Counted from the first letter of the stretch, positions 29,959 through 42,341 are shown. The stretch is 64,000 bases of DNA from Opitutales bacterium (GCA_965226885.1 CBDDEL010000011.1:297508-361507); one strand, 5' to 3'. Program-made: numbers and translations. Notes: a model not told the origin generated them from the sequence alone.

Positions 29959-31370
29959 GTGAAAAGAAATTCGTATATTCCACGCGCACCCCAACCGGCC
30001 AGGAAAAGACCACTCAGGATATTGAGAATACGCAAACCCCAACCCATGCGCAGGGCGCGGGGGAGGAATTTCCAGTCGGTCCAGACCATCAGCAGGCACC
30101 ACAGCCCGCAAGTGAATACGCCGCCGAACAAAGCCGCCGGGGTGACAATCTGCACGGGATTTCCGCCCAGCCACATGATGGCCAGACCAACGACTCCGCA
30201 GTAAGTAACGACCCAGGTTCGCACTTTCTTTAAGGGAGCGCGCCGGACCGCCGGCAATAACGGTTGCAGGCATTCCTTGGTCGTGCGGGTAAAGAGTTCG
30301 TAGGCCGCCAAAATGGTTCCGAAAAAAGCCAGAAACACTCCCGCCTCGTAGAGATAAAGCAGTTTTGGGTGCAAGATGGTGAGAAAGCCCGATTGCACGG
30401 TGAGCAACTGCTGCCCCTCCGGGACGACTTGTTCCGGGTGCAGGGTGGCCGCCCCCAAAATCACGAAGGCAAATGTGAACAGAACCACACAGAGGAAGGA
30501 TATCGAGACATCGCTGAAAGGAGCTTTCAACCATTGTTTGCCAAGGCGAATATTTTCGTCGTCTTCGGCCAAAGACACTCCTTTAGCCCCGCTCTCGATC
30601 TTTTGCCCCAGCAGGCCCCATTTCTTCTCCCGCAACATACCGATATAGCCGAAATAGTCATAAGTGCCTCCACCCACCGCGCCCAGATAGGTGCCCACTT
30701 CGATCCATACGGGGCGGCTGGCGATGACCGGATAAGAGGCCGCCACCCATGGTTCGTAGGAGGGCATCCGCGGGATTACCGAACCCGCCAGGGCGGCCGC
30801 CCAATCGGGCTGGGAAGCCACGCAGGCGACCAGGATGCAGGCCAGAAAAAACGCCACCAAAAAGGTTTGGGTGTACTCCAGGGCGGCGTAAGATTGAATG
30901 ACGGTCAGTGTGATGGCCACGACCACAAAGATCGTCCCCCAGACCCGCGCATCGCCCCAAAGTGGCGTACCCTCCAGCCCTAAAATCCAGATCGTGAGCC
31001 CTCCCAGCATTTTGGGCAAACCGGAAAGCCAGAGGGGAAAGCACAGGATAGACGTAATGGCCAAAATCCAGACCATCCAGCCCCTTGGGCCGGGTAAATA
31101 ACTCCAGCGTTCGACGGGATGTTCCCCTGTCAAGGTTATGTAGCGGGCAGCCGTGTAAACCAGGATGAATTTCATCAACCCTCCCCCCAAAAAGCACCAC
31201 AGCAAGGTATACCCGAAAATCGCCCCGCCTCTGGAAGCAAACACCGTTTCACCGCTTCCGATGGTGACCGATGCGATGATCGCCCCCGGCCCGAAAAAGG
31301 CGAAGACAGAAAGGAAGCCCCCTTTTTTCAGGGATTCGCCCAATGGGGGATAACGATAGGGCTCTTTCAT
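29955..31370 (-). CDS. Nramp-family (APC fold) transporter
   Basis: FGPG.I.AS..IGSGE.....RGGA.FGY.LLW; about 11 TM segments. Confidence 0.8.
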   Translation of the reverse strand: MKEPYRYPPLGESLKKGGFLSVFAFFGPGAIIASVTIGSGETVFASRGGAIFGYTLLWCFLGGGLMKFILVYTAARYITLTGEHPVERWSYLPGPRGWMVWILAITSILCFPLWLSGLPKMLGGLTIWILGLEGTPLWGDARVWGTIFVVVAITLTVIQSYAALEYTQTFLVAFFLACILVACVASQPDWAAALAGSVIPRMPSYEPWVAASYPVIASRPVWIEVGTYLGAVGGGTYDYFGYIGMLREKKWGLLGQKIESGAKGVSLAEDDENIRLGKQWLKAPFSDVSISFLCVVLFTFAFVILGAATLHPEQVVPEGQQLLTVQSGFLTILHPKLLYLYEAGVFLAFFGTILAAYELFTRTTKECLQPLLPAVRRAPLKKVRTWVVTYCGVVGLAIMWLGGNPVQIVTPAALFGGVFTCGLWCLLMVWTDWKFLPRALRMGWGLRILNILSGLFLAGWGARGIYEFLFT

Positions 31371-31478
31371 AACAGGAGATGCTTGCGACGCTTGCTCTTT
31401 CAGCTATTGTCCTATCAACAAACAATAAAATTAAATACTGGTCAATCAATAGAATCGGTTCCGGAGGCACCCATTTTC

Positions 31479-33260
31479 ATGAAAACTTCTCATACTCTTC
31501 AACTAACCGCAATACTGATTCTGTCTTCCATTATTTTTGTGACGGCGAATCCGATTCTCTTGATTGGGAACAAATCCGACGACACGCTTACCTTTGTCGA
31601 TGCCGAAACGCTCGCCGTGCTGGGCGAGACGACCACGGGGCGGGGACCTCACGAATTGGTGGCCACTCCCGATGGCAAATGGGCCTACGTGGCCAATTAC
31701 GAAGGAGCGGGCGACAGCCTTTCTCTCATCGACATCGAGAACCGCAGGGAAGTTAAAAAAATTCCCTTGAAACCTTATTTTGGGCCGCACGGAATTACGA
31801 TTTCCAAAGATGGTTCCAAAATCTATGCCACTTGCCAGCGAAGCCAATGCGTCATCGGGTAGTGTATTAAGTAGGAATGGTGGCTAATTCTTGATTATAT
31901 TGATGAATGAAAAGTCTCAGACAGGTTTCATGCATACTCTTAAGCTTGGAAAAGGAGAGGGTTTTGCGTGTGAAACGACCCAGTCGTTGGCGCAGGGTAT
32001 TGTTCCATCGTTCCACATGGGCCGTTTCACCGGTTTCTTTTCCCACGGATCGGTTATGAGGAAAGACTTCATCATAAGTGCTCCAAAAGTCGCTGTAGGT
32101 GGCACATCTTTTGTAGGCCCGTGGCAGACGCTCGTAAAGTTCCCGGCAACGATACCAATCCCGAGGCCCAATGGCATAGGAGAGGATTTGACGGGTGCGT
32201 CGGCAAAGAGCGATCCAAACCCATTGGGCATCGCTCTTGCGCCCCACAAAAGACCACAGTTCGTCCAGTTCAATGACATCATGGCGGCGGGCCGCAAGAA
32301 TCGTGCTTTTGAGCGGTCGCAGCGATTGTCGTTTTTTTTAACCAACTCAAAACGGTGTTGGGACTCACCCCGAAGGCGCGCTGTAAACCGCGTAGACTGC
32401 TGCGTTCCTGATAGACTCGAAGGATCATTTCTTTTTGCTCTTCGGTGTATTTCACTGTGGGGTTTTCGCGGCTTTGTTTACCACAATCATGGCAGCGGTA
32501 GCGCTGTTTATGGTTGGGCGTCTTGCCAAATTTAATGATATTTTCACTTCCACAGTGCCGACAATTAATAATTTTAGTAACCATGCACTAAAAATAAACT
32601 GCCTAACGCTATTTGTACAGCTAAAAATACAAAATAACATTCTTTTTTTATACACTACCCGTCATCGAACTGGACACCGAAAAACAGGAGGTTGCGCGCA
32701 TTTTTAAAACCGGCCAGAAAGGAACCCACATGCTCGTCCTTTCACCGGACGAAAAAAAGATTTTTACCGCCAATATGGGCAGCGGCAGCGTTACCGTAAT
32801 CGATCTGGAAAAAGGAGTTGCCATTGCCAACATCAAAACGGGTGAGGAATGCGAAGGGATCGACATCACCCCGGACGGCAAAGAAGTATGGGCCAGCAAC
32901 CGGGCCGAGGACACCATTTCGATTATCGACGCCTCCAGCCATGAGGTGGTTGCGACCATTTCCTGCCAAGGTTTTCCTATTCGCGTAAAAATAACCCCCA
33001 AGGGCGACCTGGCTTTGGTCTCCTGCGCCCGGCGCAATGAGGTGGCGGTCTTCGACGTGGCCGCTCGAAAACTCCTCCAACGTATCCCCACCGGAACATC
33101 CCCGGTCGGCATTCTCATCGAACCGAACGGAAAACGGGCATTCATCGCCAACACACGCAGCGACAAAGTAATCGTGCTGGATTTGAAATCTCTAAAAATT
33201 ACGGGATCGATTGCCGCAGGCAACACGCCCGATGGTTTGGCCTGGGCCATTGCCCATTAA
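31479..33260 (+). pseudogene. YVTN/YncE beta-propeller repeat protein interrupted by IS1
   Basis: Signal peptide MKTSHTLQL; repeats GPHE..ATPDGK.AYVAN, PHGI.ISKDG, GI..TPDGK..W..N, G..P.G; frame restored by removing the IS. Confidence 0.87.
31858..32659 (-). mobile_element. IS1-family element, copy 4
   Basis: 802 bp, both IRs, 8-bp TSD CGTCATCG. Confidence 0.93.
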
Positions 33261-33294
33261 TTGGATTGCCGCGGCTAAACGGCAGGCGCGCAAC

Positions 33295-34275
33295 TCAATC
33301 CCTGCGCCGGTTTTCCCATACTTCAGGATTCAGCAAAGTTGGGGGCTGCTCGCCCCGCAAAGCCATCAGCATGTTGCGGGTCGCCACGGTGATTGCCTTA
33401 TGCATCATTTCCCGCGTGACTCCGGCGATGTGGGGGCTGGCTACTACATTTTCTAGATAGCGCAGGGGATTGTCCACGGCGGTGGGTTCCGTTTCCCAAA
33501 CATCCAGGGCCGCTCCCGCCAATTGGCCACTTTGCAGCGCCTCCAATAAATCCGCCTCGACCACGAGCGCTCCCCGGGCTACATTGATGAGGTAAGAGCC
33601 TTTTTTCATCTGCGCCAGGCTCTCTTTATTGATCATGCCTTGGGTCTCCGGCAGGGCGGGCACATGCAGGGAAACCATATCGGACTTTTGATACAAATCG
33701 GATAGATCCTTCAATAGTTCCACGCCCAGCTCCCTGGCCCGCTCGGCCGAAACGAATGGATCGTAGGCCACCACTTTCATTCCAAATACGTGCGCTATTT
33801 CCACCATACGCCCACCGATTCGCCCAAGCCCCACAAGACCGAGCGTTTTTCCCACCAGTTCAAACCCCGTCTGTTTTTTAACCTTGGGCCATTGACCCTC
33901 TTTCATGGTTTTATTAGCCACCGTGATGTTGCGGGCCAGATTGAGGATAAAACCGAAGGCCAGTTCAGCCGTCGATTCAGTGGGCGCATCCGGTGTGTTC
34001 ATGACACAAACTCCGTGTTCGGTGGCCATCTGTAAATCGACGCTGTCGTAGCCGATGCCGAGCCGGGTGAGCACTTTGAGTTTTTTGGCCCTCACATAGG
34101 TGGCGTTCTGGCTGGCCGGAAAAACGGCGCCGATGAAGGCCGCGTCGGCTTCCTCCAATTCATCCAATGGATCGTCCGGATTCGGGTTTACGTTCGGGCC
34201 GATTAATTGCGCCTCTTTTCTGACTATTTCCAAAGTTTCCGGGGGAACCCCCAAATCGTACCAAACTTTAATCAT
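33295..34275 (-). CDS. D-isomer-specific 2-hydroxyacid dehydrogenase
   Basis: GIGYD.VD, GKTLGLVGLGRIG, LINVARG, ALDVWETEP, SPHIAG. Confidence 0.9.
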   Translation of the reverse strand: MIKVWYDLGVPPETLEIVRKEAQLIGPNVNPNPDDPLDELEEADAAFIGAVFPASQNATYVRAKKLKVLTRLGIGYDSVDLQMATEHGVCVMNTPDAPTESTAELAFGFILNLARNITVANKTMKEGQWPKVKKQTGFELVGKTLGLVGLGRIGGRMVEIAHVFGMKVVAYDPFVSAERARELGVELLKDLSDLYQKSDMVSLHVPALPETQGMINKESLAQMKKGSYLINVARGALVVEADLLEALQSGQLAGAALDVWETEPTAVDNPLRYLENVVASPHIAGVTREMMHKAITVATRNMLMALRGEQPPTLLNPEVWENRRRD

Positions 34276-34374
34276 AATAATTTAAATGCTAGAACCTATC
34301 TTAATAACTGTTTTCGTTTTCGAGGCATTTTGCGCCCCTTAAAGTAATAAACCATACATGCGCATTGCTGTAGG

Positions 34375-35784
34375 TCAAATATCGCTTTGCCAATTCTTTA
34401 ATTCCTCCACCGTTTTAACGTAAGGCTTGAGCGATAAATAGAGAATGAGGGCGGCAAGCAGATGGGCGCCTAGACCGACGCAAAAGAGGGAATAACGCAG
34501 CATCTGCAAATCCATGAAAACGTGTTCGGTCAGGTAGGCGATGGCGGTAGGCCCCAGCCCCAGCCCGATGATATTGATGACAAACAGATAAATGGCGGAG
34601 GCTTGCCCACGCATTTGCGGTGGCATCATTTCCTGAATGGCGGCGGCGGCGCATCCAAACGGCATGGCGCCGGCAAAGAGAGTGGGAAATATAAAGACCA
34701 GGGACCAGGTCGCCGATGGCATAAGCGGATAAAGAGCGCCAAAAGGCAGCCAGACCACAGCGGCTATGAAGATGGCCAGCATGTTGGCGCTTTTGTATCC
34801 CCGGCGGGTCAAAAAATCGGCCAATCTTCCCCCGCATAGAACACCGGAAGCGCCTGCCGCCATGGTTACGAGACCGTACCAAATGCCTCCCTGCCCCGGC
34901 GACCAGCCATAAGTGCGCCCCAAAAAAGCCAAGTCCCAAAATCCCCCGGAATAAGCGGCTAGGGATAGAAAAGCCACTCCCAGGTTGTGGCAAAGGACCG
35001 TTTTCCAATTTTTTTTCAGATAGCACAACACCACACCCACCGGAACCTGGGTGGCCTGTTTCCCTTTTCCCGAAATCACACCCCGCCGAATCGGTTCCTT
35101 CACCGTCCAGAGTAGCGACGTCAAGACCAACCCCGGCAGGCCAACGGCAAAAAAGACCATCTGCCAGGGGCGCAAATCGCCCACAATGGGGAATGGTGCT
35201 CCCTCCCGAGCCTCCACGAGGTGCGTCGCCCAATCGAAAATTATGGCCCCGCCGGTAAATGCCGCCCCCGAGCCGAAATAGATGCCCATCGAATAAACAC
35301 TCAGGGCGGTGGCCAGTTTGTGCCGCGGAAAATAATCGGCGATGAGGGAGAATGCGGCCGGGGAGAGAGTCGCCTCCCCCACCCCTACCCCCATACGCAG
35401 TAGGAGCAGTTGCCAGAAACGCCCGGCAAATCCGCACAAAGCAGTCATGGCACTCCACAGGGCCACTCCACAGGCAATGATGCTCTTACGGTTACGGGAG
35501 TCGGCCAGCCGCCCAATGGGTATCCCGAAGATGGTGTAAAATATGACAAAACTCAATCCGCCAATGTAGCTAACCTGTAGGTCTGTCAGCCCCAAATCGG
35601 CCTTCATCGGCTCCACCAGCAAGGCGATAATCTGGCGGTCCACAAAGGAAAGGATGTAAAAAACCATGAGCACCCCGACCACATACCAGGCATAACCTTC
35701 GCGTGGATAGGGTGGCTCTGCCCTTACGTCACTCGCGGCGGGAGCGTCACCACTATTTTCTACAATATCCGTTGGTTCAGCCAT
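34375..35784 (-). CDS. MFS transporter (spinster-like)
   Basis: SFVDRQI, GRLADSRNR, RMGVGVGEA, GRLAD; about 12 TM segments. Confidence 0.88.
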   Translation of the reverse strand: MAEPTDIVENSGDAPAASDVRAEPPYPREGYAWYVVGVLMVFYILSFVDRQIIALLVEPMKADLGLTDLQVSYIGGLSFVIFYTIFGIPIGRLADSRNRKSIIACGVALWSAMTALCGFAGRFWQLLLLRMGVGVGEATLSPAAFSLIADYFPRHKLATALSVYSMGIYFGSGAAFTGGAIIFDWATHLVEAREGAPFPIVGDLRPWQMVFFAVGLPGLVLTSLLWTVKEPIRRGVISGKGKQATQVPVGVVLCYLKKNWKTVLCHNLGVAFLSLAAYSGGFWDLAFLGRTYGWSPGQGGIWYGLVTMAAGASGVLCGGRLADFLTRRGYKSANMLAIFIAAVVWLPFGALYPLMPSATWSLVFIFPTLFAGAMPFGCAAAAIQEMMPPQMRGQASAIYLFVINIIGLGLGPTAIAYLTEHVFMDLQMLRYSLFCVGLGAHLLAALILYLSLKPYVKTVEELKNWQSDI

Positions 35785-35898
35785 TGTGCCTGGCCCACGA
35801 AGCATTCCCCAAAGCCGGAAGAAGTCAAGGGAGGAGCCACCAGCCCGACCACGGAACTATATAAATCCCGCAACTCATCCGGCTTCCCTGCATACAAA

Positions 35899-37323
35899 TT
35901 AATACTTGTAGTGGGCCGCTTTGTAGGGTCCGTTGACCGGCACCCCAATGTAGTCGGCCTGTTCCTGAGAGAGGACAGTTAGTTTGGCCCCAATTTTATC
36001 CAGGTGCAGGCGGGCCACCTCTTCATCCAGTTCCTTAGGCAATACGTAAACGCCGGGTGTGTATTTTTCCAGACTTTCCCATAGATCGACCTGGGCCAGC
36101 ACTTGGTTGGTAAAGGAGTTGGACATGACAAAAGAGGGGTGCCCGGTGGCGCAGCCCAGATTGACCAGACGACCCTCAGCCAGCATGAATACCTGGTGCC
36201 CATCCGGGAATGTGTAGCGGTCCACTTGCGGTTTGATGTTTTCTTTGACCACCCCTTCTTCGACATTCAGTTTTTCGACCTGGATTTCGTTGTCGAAATG
36301 CCCGATATTGCAAACGATGGCCTGGTCTTTCATGCGGGCCATGTGGGCGGTTGTGATGATATCCTTGTTGCCTGTGGTGGTGACGTAAATATTGCCCTCC
36401 CCGAGGGAATCTTCCAAAGGTTTGACCTCAAAACCCTCCATGGCCGCTTGCAAGGCGCAAATGGGATCGATTTCGTTCACGATTACCCGTGCACCCTGGA
36501 ACCGGAGCGCTTGGGTACAGCCTTTGCCCACATCTCCGTAACCGCAGACGACGGCTGTTTTTCCCGCGATCATCACGTCCGTGGCCCGTTTGATGCCGTC
36601 GATCAATGACTCCCGGCAGCCGTAAAGGTTGTCGAATTTCGACTTGGTAACCGAATCGTTTACGTTGATGGCAGGAACAAGCAGGGTGCCCGCTTCCTGC
36701 ATTTGATAGAGGCGGTGCACACCGGTAGTGGTCTCTTCGGAGACGCCTTTCCATTCCTTGACCACATTGTTCCAATGGATGGGGTCTTCGGAAAGTATTT
36801 TCCTCAACAGGTCTTTAATGACGCCTTCTTCGATGCTTCCGGAAGCATCGTCGATCCATCGGCTGCCATTCTCCAGTTCATAGCCTTTGTGAATGAGGAG
36901 GGTGGCGTCGCCCCCGTCATCGACGATCAGCCGGGGCCCTTTGCCATCGGGCCAGGTCATGGCTTGGTAGGTGCACCACCAGTATTCCTCAAGGCTCTCC
37001 CCCTTCCAGGCAAAAACCGGCACTCCGGCAATGGCCATGGCTGCGGCGGCGTGGTCCTGAGTGGAAAAAATATTGCAACTGCACCAGCGAATATCGGCCC
37101 CCAGGTCCCGCAGGGTCTCGATGAGGACCGCCGTTTGCACCGTCATGTGCAGGGAACCCATGATGCGTACGCCGCCCAGGGGCATTTTACCGGCGTATTT
37201 TTCCCTCAAAGCCATGAGCCCGGGCATTTCTTTTTCTGCGATGCCTATTTCGCTGCGTCCCCAGTCGGCCAGGTTGATGTCTTTGACTTTGTAATCCTGC
37301 GCAACTTCGGTTTTTGTACTCAT
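35899..37323 (-). CDS. ahcY: Adenosylhomocysteinase
   Basis: [64 protein letters not shown]. Confidence 0.97.
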   Translation of the reverse strand: MSTKTEVAQDYKVKDINLADWGRSEIGIAEKEMPGLMALREKYAGKMPLGGVRIMGSLHMTVQTAVLIETLRDLGADIRWCSCNIFSTQDHAAAAMAIAGVPVFAWKGESLEEYWWCTYQAMTWPDGKGPRLIVDDGGDATLLIHKGYELENGSRWIDDASGSIEEGVIKDLLRKILSEDPIHWNNVVKEWKGVSEETTTGVHRLYQMQEAGTLLVPAINVNDSVTKSKFDNLYGCRESLIDGIKRATDVMIAGKTAVVCGYGDVGKGCTQALRFQGARVIVNEIDPICALQAAMEGFEVKPLEDSLGEGNIYVTTTGNKDIITTAHMARMKDQAIVCNIGHFDNEIQVEKLNVEEGVVKENIKPQVDRYTFPDGHQVFMLAEGRLVNLGCATGHPSFVMSNSFTNQVLAQVDLWESLEKYTPGVYVLPKELDEEVARLHLDKIGAKLTVLSQEQADYIGVPVNGPYKAAHYKY

Positions 37324-37392
37324 AACATTAAATAATCAGTATTGAAGGTTGGGGCGACTGGCCGCGCTTGCGAACTTCGCCGGGGGGATGCC

Positions 37393-38559
37393 TTATCCCA
37401 GTTGTTTTAACAATTGGCCGGTTCGATTAACCTGTTCCCATGGATGATCCTGTTTGGTAAAATGTCCGTATTGGGTGGTTTGGCGGTAAATGGGCCGCAA
37501 TAAGTCGAGCTGCTTTATTATTTCCGCCGGCTTGAAGCTGAATACCGCTTTAATTGCATCCGTCAATCGCCCATCGGAAACCTTGCCGGTGCCGAAAGTA
37601 TTGGTCAGGATACTGGTCGGCTCAGGATAACCGATGGCGTAGGCGACCTGTAATTCAACCCGATCGGCCAGACCCGCGGCAACGATGTTCTTGGCCACCC
37701 ATCGGCACATGTAGGCCGCCGAGCGATCTACTTTCGAGGCGTCCTTACCGGAAAAAGCCCCTCCGCCATGCCGGGACCATCCTCCGTAGGTATCGACAAT
37801 AATTTTACGCCCGGTCAGACCGGCATCGCCTTGTGGCCCCCCGATGACAAATTTTCCGGTCGGATTGATGAAGTAATCGGTATTTTTGGTTAAAAGTTTT
37901 TTCGGCAAAACTTTGGGGATCACCTTCCCGATGATAAAATCGGATATGGTGGCATGTTCGGTTTCCTCTGTGTGCTGCGTCGATACCACTATGCTGGCGA
38001 TTTCGATCGGCCCTTTGGAGTTATAAACCACCGCCACCTGTGATTTGCAATCGGGCCGGAGCCATTTCTGCCTTCCCGAGCGGCGAACGCGGGCCAGCTC
38101 CTGATTGATGCGGTGGGCATACATGATGGCCGCCGGCATCAACTCCTTGGTTTCATTGCAGGCATAGCCGAACATGATGCCCTGGTCCCCGGCCCCCTGC
38201 TCCGCGCTTTTCTTGCCTTTTGCCCGTTTGGCGTCCACCCCCTGGGCAATATCGGGGGACTGCTGGGTCAAATGGTTGGCAATAAAAACCGTGTCGGCGT
38301 GAAAAACATCGTCGTTGTTGACATAACCGATATCCCTGATGGCCTGGCGCACGACCTGGTCGTAATTGACATCGGCCTTGGTGGAAATCTCCCCCGCCAG
38401 AAAAACGCAATTGCTTTTAACCAATGTTTCGCAGGCTACCCGGCTGGTCGGATCTTGCTCCAGGCAGGCATCCAGGATGCTGTCGGAGATGTAGTCGGCC
38501 ACCTTGTCGGGATGCCCCTCGCCCACTGATTCAGAGGAAAATATGAACTCTTCTGCCAT
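37393..38559 (-). CDS. metK: S-adenosylmethionine synthetase
   Basis: [48 protein letters not shown]. Confidence 0.97.
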   Translation of the reverse strand: MAEEFIFSSESVGEGHPDKVADYISDSILDACLEQDPTSRVACETLVKSNCVFLAGEISTKADVNYDQVVRQAIRDIGYVNNDDVFHADTVFIANHLTQQSPDIAQGVDAKRAKGKKSAEQGAGDQGIMFGYACNETKELMPAAIMYAHRINQELARVRRSGRQKWLRPDCKSQVAVVYNSKGPIEIASIVVSTQHTEETEHATISDFIIGKVIPKVLPKKLLTKNTDYFINPTGKFVIGGPQGDAGLTGRKIIVDTYGGWSRHGGGAFSGKDASKVDRSAAYMCRWVAKNIVAAGLADRVELQVAYAIGYPEPTSILTNTFGTGKVSDGRLTDAIKAVFSFKPAEIIKQLDLLRPIYRQTTQYGHFTKQDHPWEQVNRTGQLLKQLG

Positions 38560-38597
38560 AAAAGTTGTTTAATATCGGATTTATTGCCGAAATTTTC

Positions 38598-38640
38598 AAT
38601 AAAACCCTCCATGCGCAAAACGGGTTTCCGCGTGGAGAGG
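38598..38640 (-). terminator. Putative intrinsic terminator after pckG
   Basis: Minus-strand hairpin CTCCACGCG...CGCATGGAG followed by GGTTTTATT. Confidence 0.45.
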
Positions 38641-38650
38641 CGGATAAAAG

Positions 38651-40432
38651 CTAAAGACGGGAAACCAGCGATTGCCTTTCAAAAATGAGTTCCTTGGGCA
38701 ATCTCTCGGCCAGCTTTAAATACAATTCCTCGTGGCTGAGGGTTTGCAGCTTCAACCGTTTCGGGTCGACAGCCATCAATTCGTTCCACTGCTCCTCGGT
38801 CATGTCGAGCCCCTCCAAATTCATATCGGAGATGCGGGGGACCCACCCGATTGGCGTTTCCACGGCTCCCGCTCGATCCAGAGAACGCTCCACGATCCAC
38901 TTGAGCACCCGCATATTTTGGCCATAGCCAGGCCAGAGAAATTTTCCCTCCTCGTTTTTGCGAAACCAGTTGACGTGGAAAATCCGGGGCGGCTGCGCCA
39001 GGGTCTTGCCCAATTGCAGCCAGTGTTTAAAATAATCCCCCATATGGTAGCCGCAAAAGGGCAGCATGGCCATCGGGTCGGTGCGCAATGCGCCTAACTG
39101 GCCCTCGGCCGCAGCCGTCATTTCGGAACCCATGGTGGCTCCTACGTAAACGCCGTGGGCCCAGTTGTAAGCCTGAAATACTAGGGGCACATCGTGCATC
39201 CGGCGCCCACCGAAGATAAAGGAGCTGATGGGCACACCACGCGGGTCTTCCCAGGCCGGATCGATAGTGGGGCACTGCCCGGCGGGGGCCGTGAAACGGG
39301 AGTTCGGATGCGCCGCCACCCGGCCGCAATCGGGCGTCCAGTCGTTGCCCAGCCAGTCGATGAGGTGGGCGGGAGCCTCTTCGGTCATTTCCTCCCACCA
39401 GACATCTCCGTCGTCGGTCAGGGCCACATTGGTAAAAATGGCGTTTTCGAGCATGGAATCCATGGCATTGGGATTGGTGTCGTAGGACGTGCCCGGTGCC
39501 ACCCCGAAAAAGCCCGCCTCTGGATTGATGGCGTAAAAACGCCCATCCGCTCCCGGTTTGATCCAGGCAATATCGTCGCCAATGGTTGAAATCTTCCAGT
39601 CAGACATTTCATCCGGCGGGATAAGCATGGCGAAATTGGTTTTGCCGCAGGCGCTGGGAAAAGCGGCCGAAACATAGGTTTTATCACCCTCCGGCGATTC
39701 TACCCCTAAAATCAGCATATGCTCGGCCAGCCAGCCTTCGTCCCGCGCCATGCAGGAAGCGATCCGCAGGGCCAGGCATTTTTTGCCCAGCAAGGCGTTG
39801 CCTCCATAACCGCTTCCATAAGAGAATATCGAGCGCTCCTCGGGAAAGTGGACGATGTAGCGATTGTCGGGATTGCAGGGCCAGGAAACATCTGCTTGGC
39901 CTTCGGCCAGCGGATGGCCGACAGAGTGCAGGCAGGGGACAAAAAACCCGTCCTCACCCAGAACCTCGAGAACTTTTTCACCGATCCGGGTCATGATGCG
40001 CATATTGACGACCACATAGGGAGAATCCGTTAATTCCACCCCGATATGGGAAATGGGCGAACCGATGGGTCCCATGCTGAAGGGTATGACGTAAAGAGTG
40101 CGCCCCTTCATACAGCCTTCGAACAAACCGTCCAGGGTGCGGTGCATTTCCACCGGCTCGGCCCAATTGCTCATGGGGCCGGTGTCGGCTTCATCGACAC
40201 TGCATATATATGTGCGGTCTTCCACCCGGGCCACATCCCGCGGATCGGAGCGGCAAAGGAAGCTATTGGGCCGTTTTTCCGGGTTCAGACGGATAAAAGT
40301 TTCACTTTGCACCATCAAATCGCAAAGAGATGCGTTTTCCTCAGCGGAACCGTCGCACCAATGGACATCGTCCGGCTGGCAAAGCTTTTTTACATTTTCG
40401 ACCCATTCGTTGAGGGCTTTGTGATTATTCAT
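38651..40432 (-). CDS. pckG: Phosphoenolpyruvate carboxykinase (GTP)
   Basis: [62 protein letters not shown]. Confidence 0.96.
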   Translation of the reverse strand: MNNHKALNEWVENVKKLCQPDDVHWCDGSAEENASLCDLMVQSETFIRLNPEKRPNSFLCRSDPRDVARVEDRTYICSVDEADTGPMSNWAEPVEMHRTLDGLFEGCMKGRTLYVIPFSMGPIGSPISHIGVELTDSPYVVVNMRIMTRIGEKVLEVLGEDGFFVPCLHSVGHPLAEGQADVSWPCNPDNRYIVHFPEERSIFSYGSGYGGNALLGKKCLALRIASCMARDEGWLAEHMLILGVESPEGDKTYVSAAFPSACGKTNFAMLIPPDEMSDWKISTIGDDIAWIKPGADGRFYAINPEAGFFGVAPGTSYDTNPNAMDSMLENAIFTNVALTDDGDVWWEEMTEEAPAHLIDWLGNDWTPDCGRVAAHPNSRFTAPAGQCPTIDPAWEDPRGVPISSFIFGGRRMHDVPLVFQAYNWAHGVYVGATMGSEMTAAAEGQLGALRTDPMAMLPFCGYHMGDYFKHWLQLGKTLAQPPRIFHVNWFRKNEEGKFLWPGYGQNMRVLKWIVERSLDRAGAVETPIGWVPRISDMNLEGLDMTEEQWNELMAVDPKRLKLQTLSHEELYLKLAERLPKELIFERQSLVSRL

Positions 40433-40598
40433 GATACTATTTTCAGGTATGGTGATTTCTCAGGTTTATGGAAAAAACACTCCTTCATAGTTCGTGGAAA
40501 ATAATTGGCAACCATTAATGAAAAATTCTCCCTCCCGGTGCGTATCCAAATCAAAAACGCTTGGTTTTAGGAAATGGGGCGCATAAAGTGCGGAGTTC

Positions 40599-41000
40599 AT
40601 GATCGAATCGACAACGAAAATTCGGGTGCGATACGTCGAAACCGACAAGATGGGCGTCGTTTACCACGGCAATTACTTCACCTGGTTCGAAGTCGGGCGC
40701 GTACTCCTGCTGGACGAGGTTGGGCTGCCCTACCGCGAGATGGAGGCCTCCGGCTATGGGCTGCCGGTTCTGGAAGCGACGGCCCGATACCACCGCCCGG
40801 CCTCTTTCGACGACCGGCTGACCATCAAAACCTGCATCCGCGAAAAACCCACGGTGCGAATGAACATCGATTACGAAGTATGGAAAAACGATACCCTCAT
40901 CTGCACCGGAACCACCCGCCACGCCTTCGTCGATAAAAACGGCGCACCCACCCGACCACCCACCGAATTCACGAAGCGCATGGGAGCTTATTTTAAATAA
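40599..41000 (+). CDS. Acyl-CoA thioesterase (YbgC/FadM family)
   Basis: RVRYVETDKMGVVYHGNYFTWFEVGR. Confidence 0.9.
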   Translation: MIESTTKIRVRYVETDKMGVVYHGNYFTWFEVGRVLLLDEVGLPYREMEASGYGLPVLEATARYHRPASFDDRLTIKTCIREKPTVRMNIDYEVWKNDTLICTGTTRHAFVDKNGAPTRPPTEFTKRMGAYFK

Positions 41001-41051
41001 TCTCAAAAACTCCAATTCGACCTATTTTACGGCCAAAGATGCCCGCATTAG

Positions 41052-41591
41052 TCAATAATCAGGTAGCTTCTTTTCGGTAGATGCGGCATTTCGGTAGATG
41101 CGGCAGACATGGGCCGCCACTTCGGTGATGCTCCGGTTTTCAGTGGTTACGCCGGTGCCCGCGCTCATGTAAATGGCATTCCGTTTTTCCAACAGGTCCC
41201 GTATCTCCTCCTCTGGCTTGTCCACGTTGAGCAAGGGCCGTTTCTGGGTTCGGGAGGTGCGCTCAAGAATGGAGTCAGTGGAGGCAAATAGGCAGACCAC
41301 GACCCCTTTGGACTTGAGCTTATCCAGTATGCCCGGCTGCATCACCAGGCCGCCCCCGCAGGCCACCACGCATCCATGCCCTGGGTGCCCCGTTTCCACG
41401 AATTCCCTCTCCATTTTGCGGAAAGTTTCTTCTCCCTGCTCCCGGAAAATTTCTTTAATCGTCATGGCCGTCTTTTTTTCGATTTCCACGTCCGAATCGA
41501 GGAATTGCAATTCGAATTTACGGGCCACCTTGCGACCGACAGCCGTTTTGCCGGTCCCCATGAAGCCGACGATATAAAGATTAGATTTCAT
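41052..41591 (-). CDS. aroK: Shikimate kinase
   Basis: GFMGTGKT P-loop, DSD, GE..FR..E, CGGG, RPLL. Confidence 0.93.
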   Translation of the reverse strand: MKSNLYIVGFMGTGKTAVGRKVARKFELQFLDSDVEIEKKTAMTIKEIFREQGEETFRKMEREFVETGHPGHGCVVACGGGLVMQPGILDKLKSKGVVVCLFASTDSILERTSRTQKRPLLNVDKPEEEIRDLLEKRNAIYMSAGTGVTTENRSITEVAAHVCRIYRNAASTEKKLPDY

Positions 41592-41746
41592 TCTTTGAGT
41601 CCAATAGTGGGCACGGGCCAGGTTTCATCACCTGCCTATCTGTTTTTTATGAGAGTGAATATAAATATTCCCCGCCTGGAAAGGCTTGCCAAGCAGAAAC
41701 TAAAGCTCTGTTTTCATCTACTCCATTTCCCAAAGCCTGCCGAACC

Positions 41747-42247
41747 ATGAAACTAAGGCCATTTCAACCTGAGGACAAAGATGGCGTCATTGCCTTGATA
41801 GACCGGGTCTTGAGAGAATACGGCGACAAGGTGTGGCTGGAGGGCACCGATAAAGACCTGCTGGATATCGAGGGAGGCTACCCGGACCGGGGCGGTGCCT
41901 TTATAGTATTGGAAAAGAATGGTGAAATACTGGGCACCCATGCCGTTGCGCCGATTCCGCAAAGGCCCGGGGTGGCGAATTTTCGACGGCTTTACCTTTG
42001 CCATACCCTTCGGGGTGCAAGATTTGGCGACCTATTAATGCAGTGGGCAATCGACTGGGCCCGGGAAAATCGCTACAAACGGGTGGAATTTTGGTCCGAC
42101 AGGCGTTTTTCGCGCGGCCATCGTTTTTTTGCCAAATTTCAGTTCCAAAGCACCGGGGAAGAAAGGCAAATGAATGATAGTTGGGAGCCTTACCAAGAAC
42201 TTTTTTTCTACCGTGAATTCAACGAACCGGCAACCCCTCAAGATTGA
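41747..42247 (+). CDS. GNAT-family N-acetyltransferase
   Basis: RRLYL...LRGARFG..L acetyl-CoA motif, FFAKFQF. Confidence 0.8.
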   Translation: MKLRPFQPEDKDGVIALIDRVLREYGDKVWLEGTDKDLLDIEGGYPDRGGAFIVLEKNGEILGTHAVAPIPQRPGVANFRRLYLCHTLRGARFGDLLMQWAIDWARENRYKRVEFWSDRRFSRGHRFFAKFQFQSTGEERQMNDSWEPYQELFFYREFNEPATPQD

Positions 42248-42341
42248 TGTCTCAGGCCGCTAAAATCGCGTAGAAAAATTATTGTTTTCTCTATGTTCGC
42301 AAATTCCTTGCCGTTGCCATGATTTCCTGTATTTTTAGTTC

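Noticed and set aside
29638-30534. 298-aa ORF
   Set aside because: Chimera of an alternative frame of the transporter and the N-terminus of the frameshifted epimerase.
37324-38650. SAM/SAH riboswitch upstream of metK or ahcY
   Set aside because: The intergenic gaps are short (about 70-90 bp) and I could not match SAM-I, SAM-II or SAH consensus elements; the metK gap is mostly a terminator-like hairpin.
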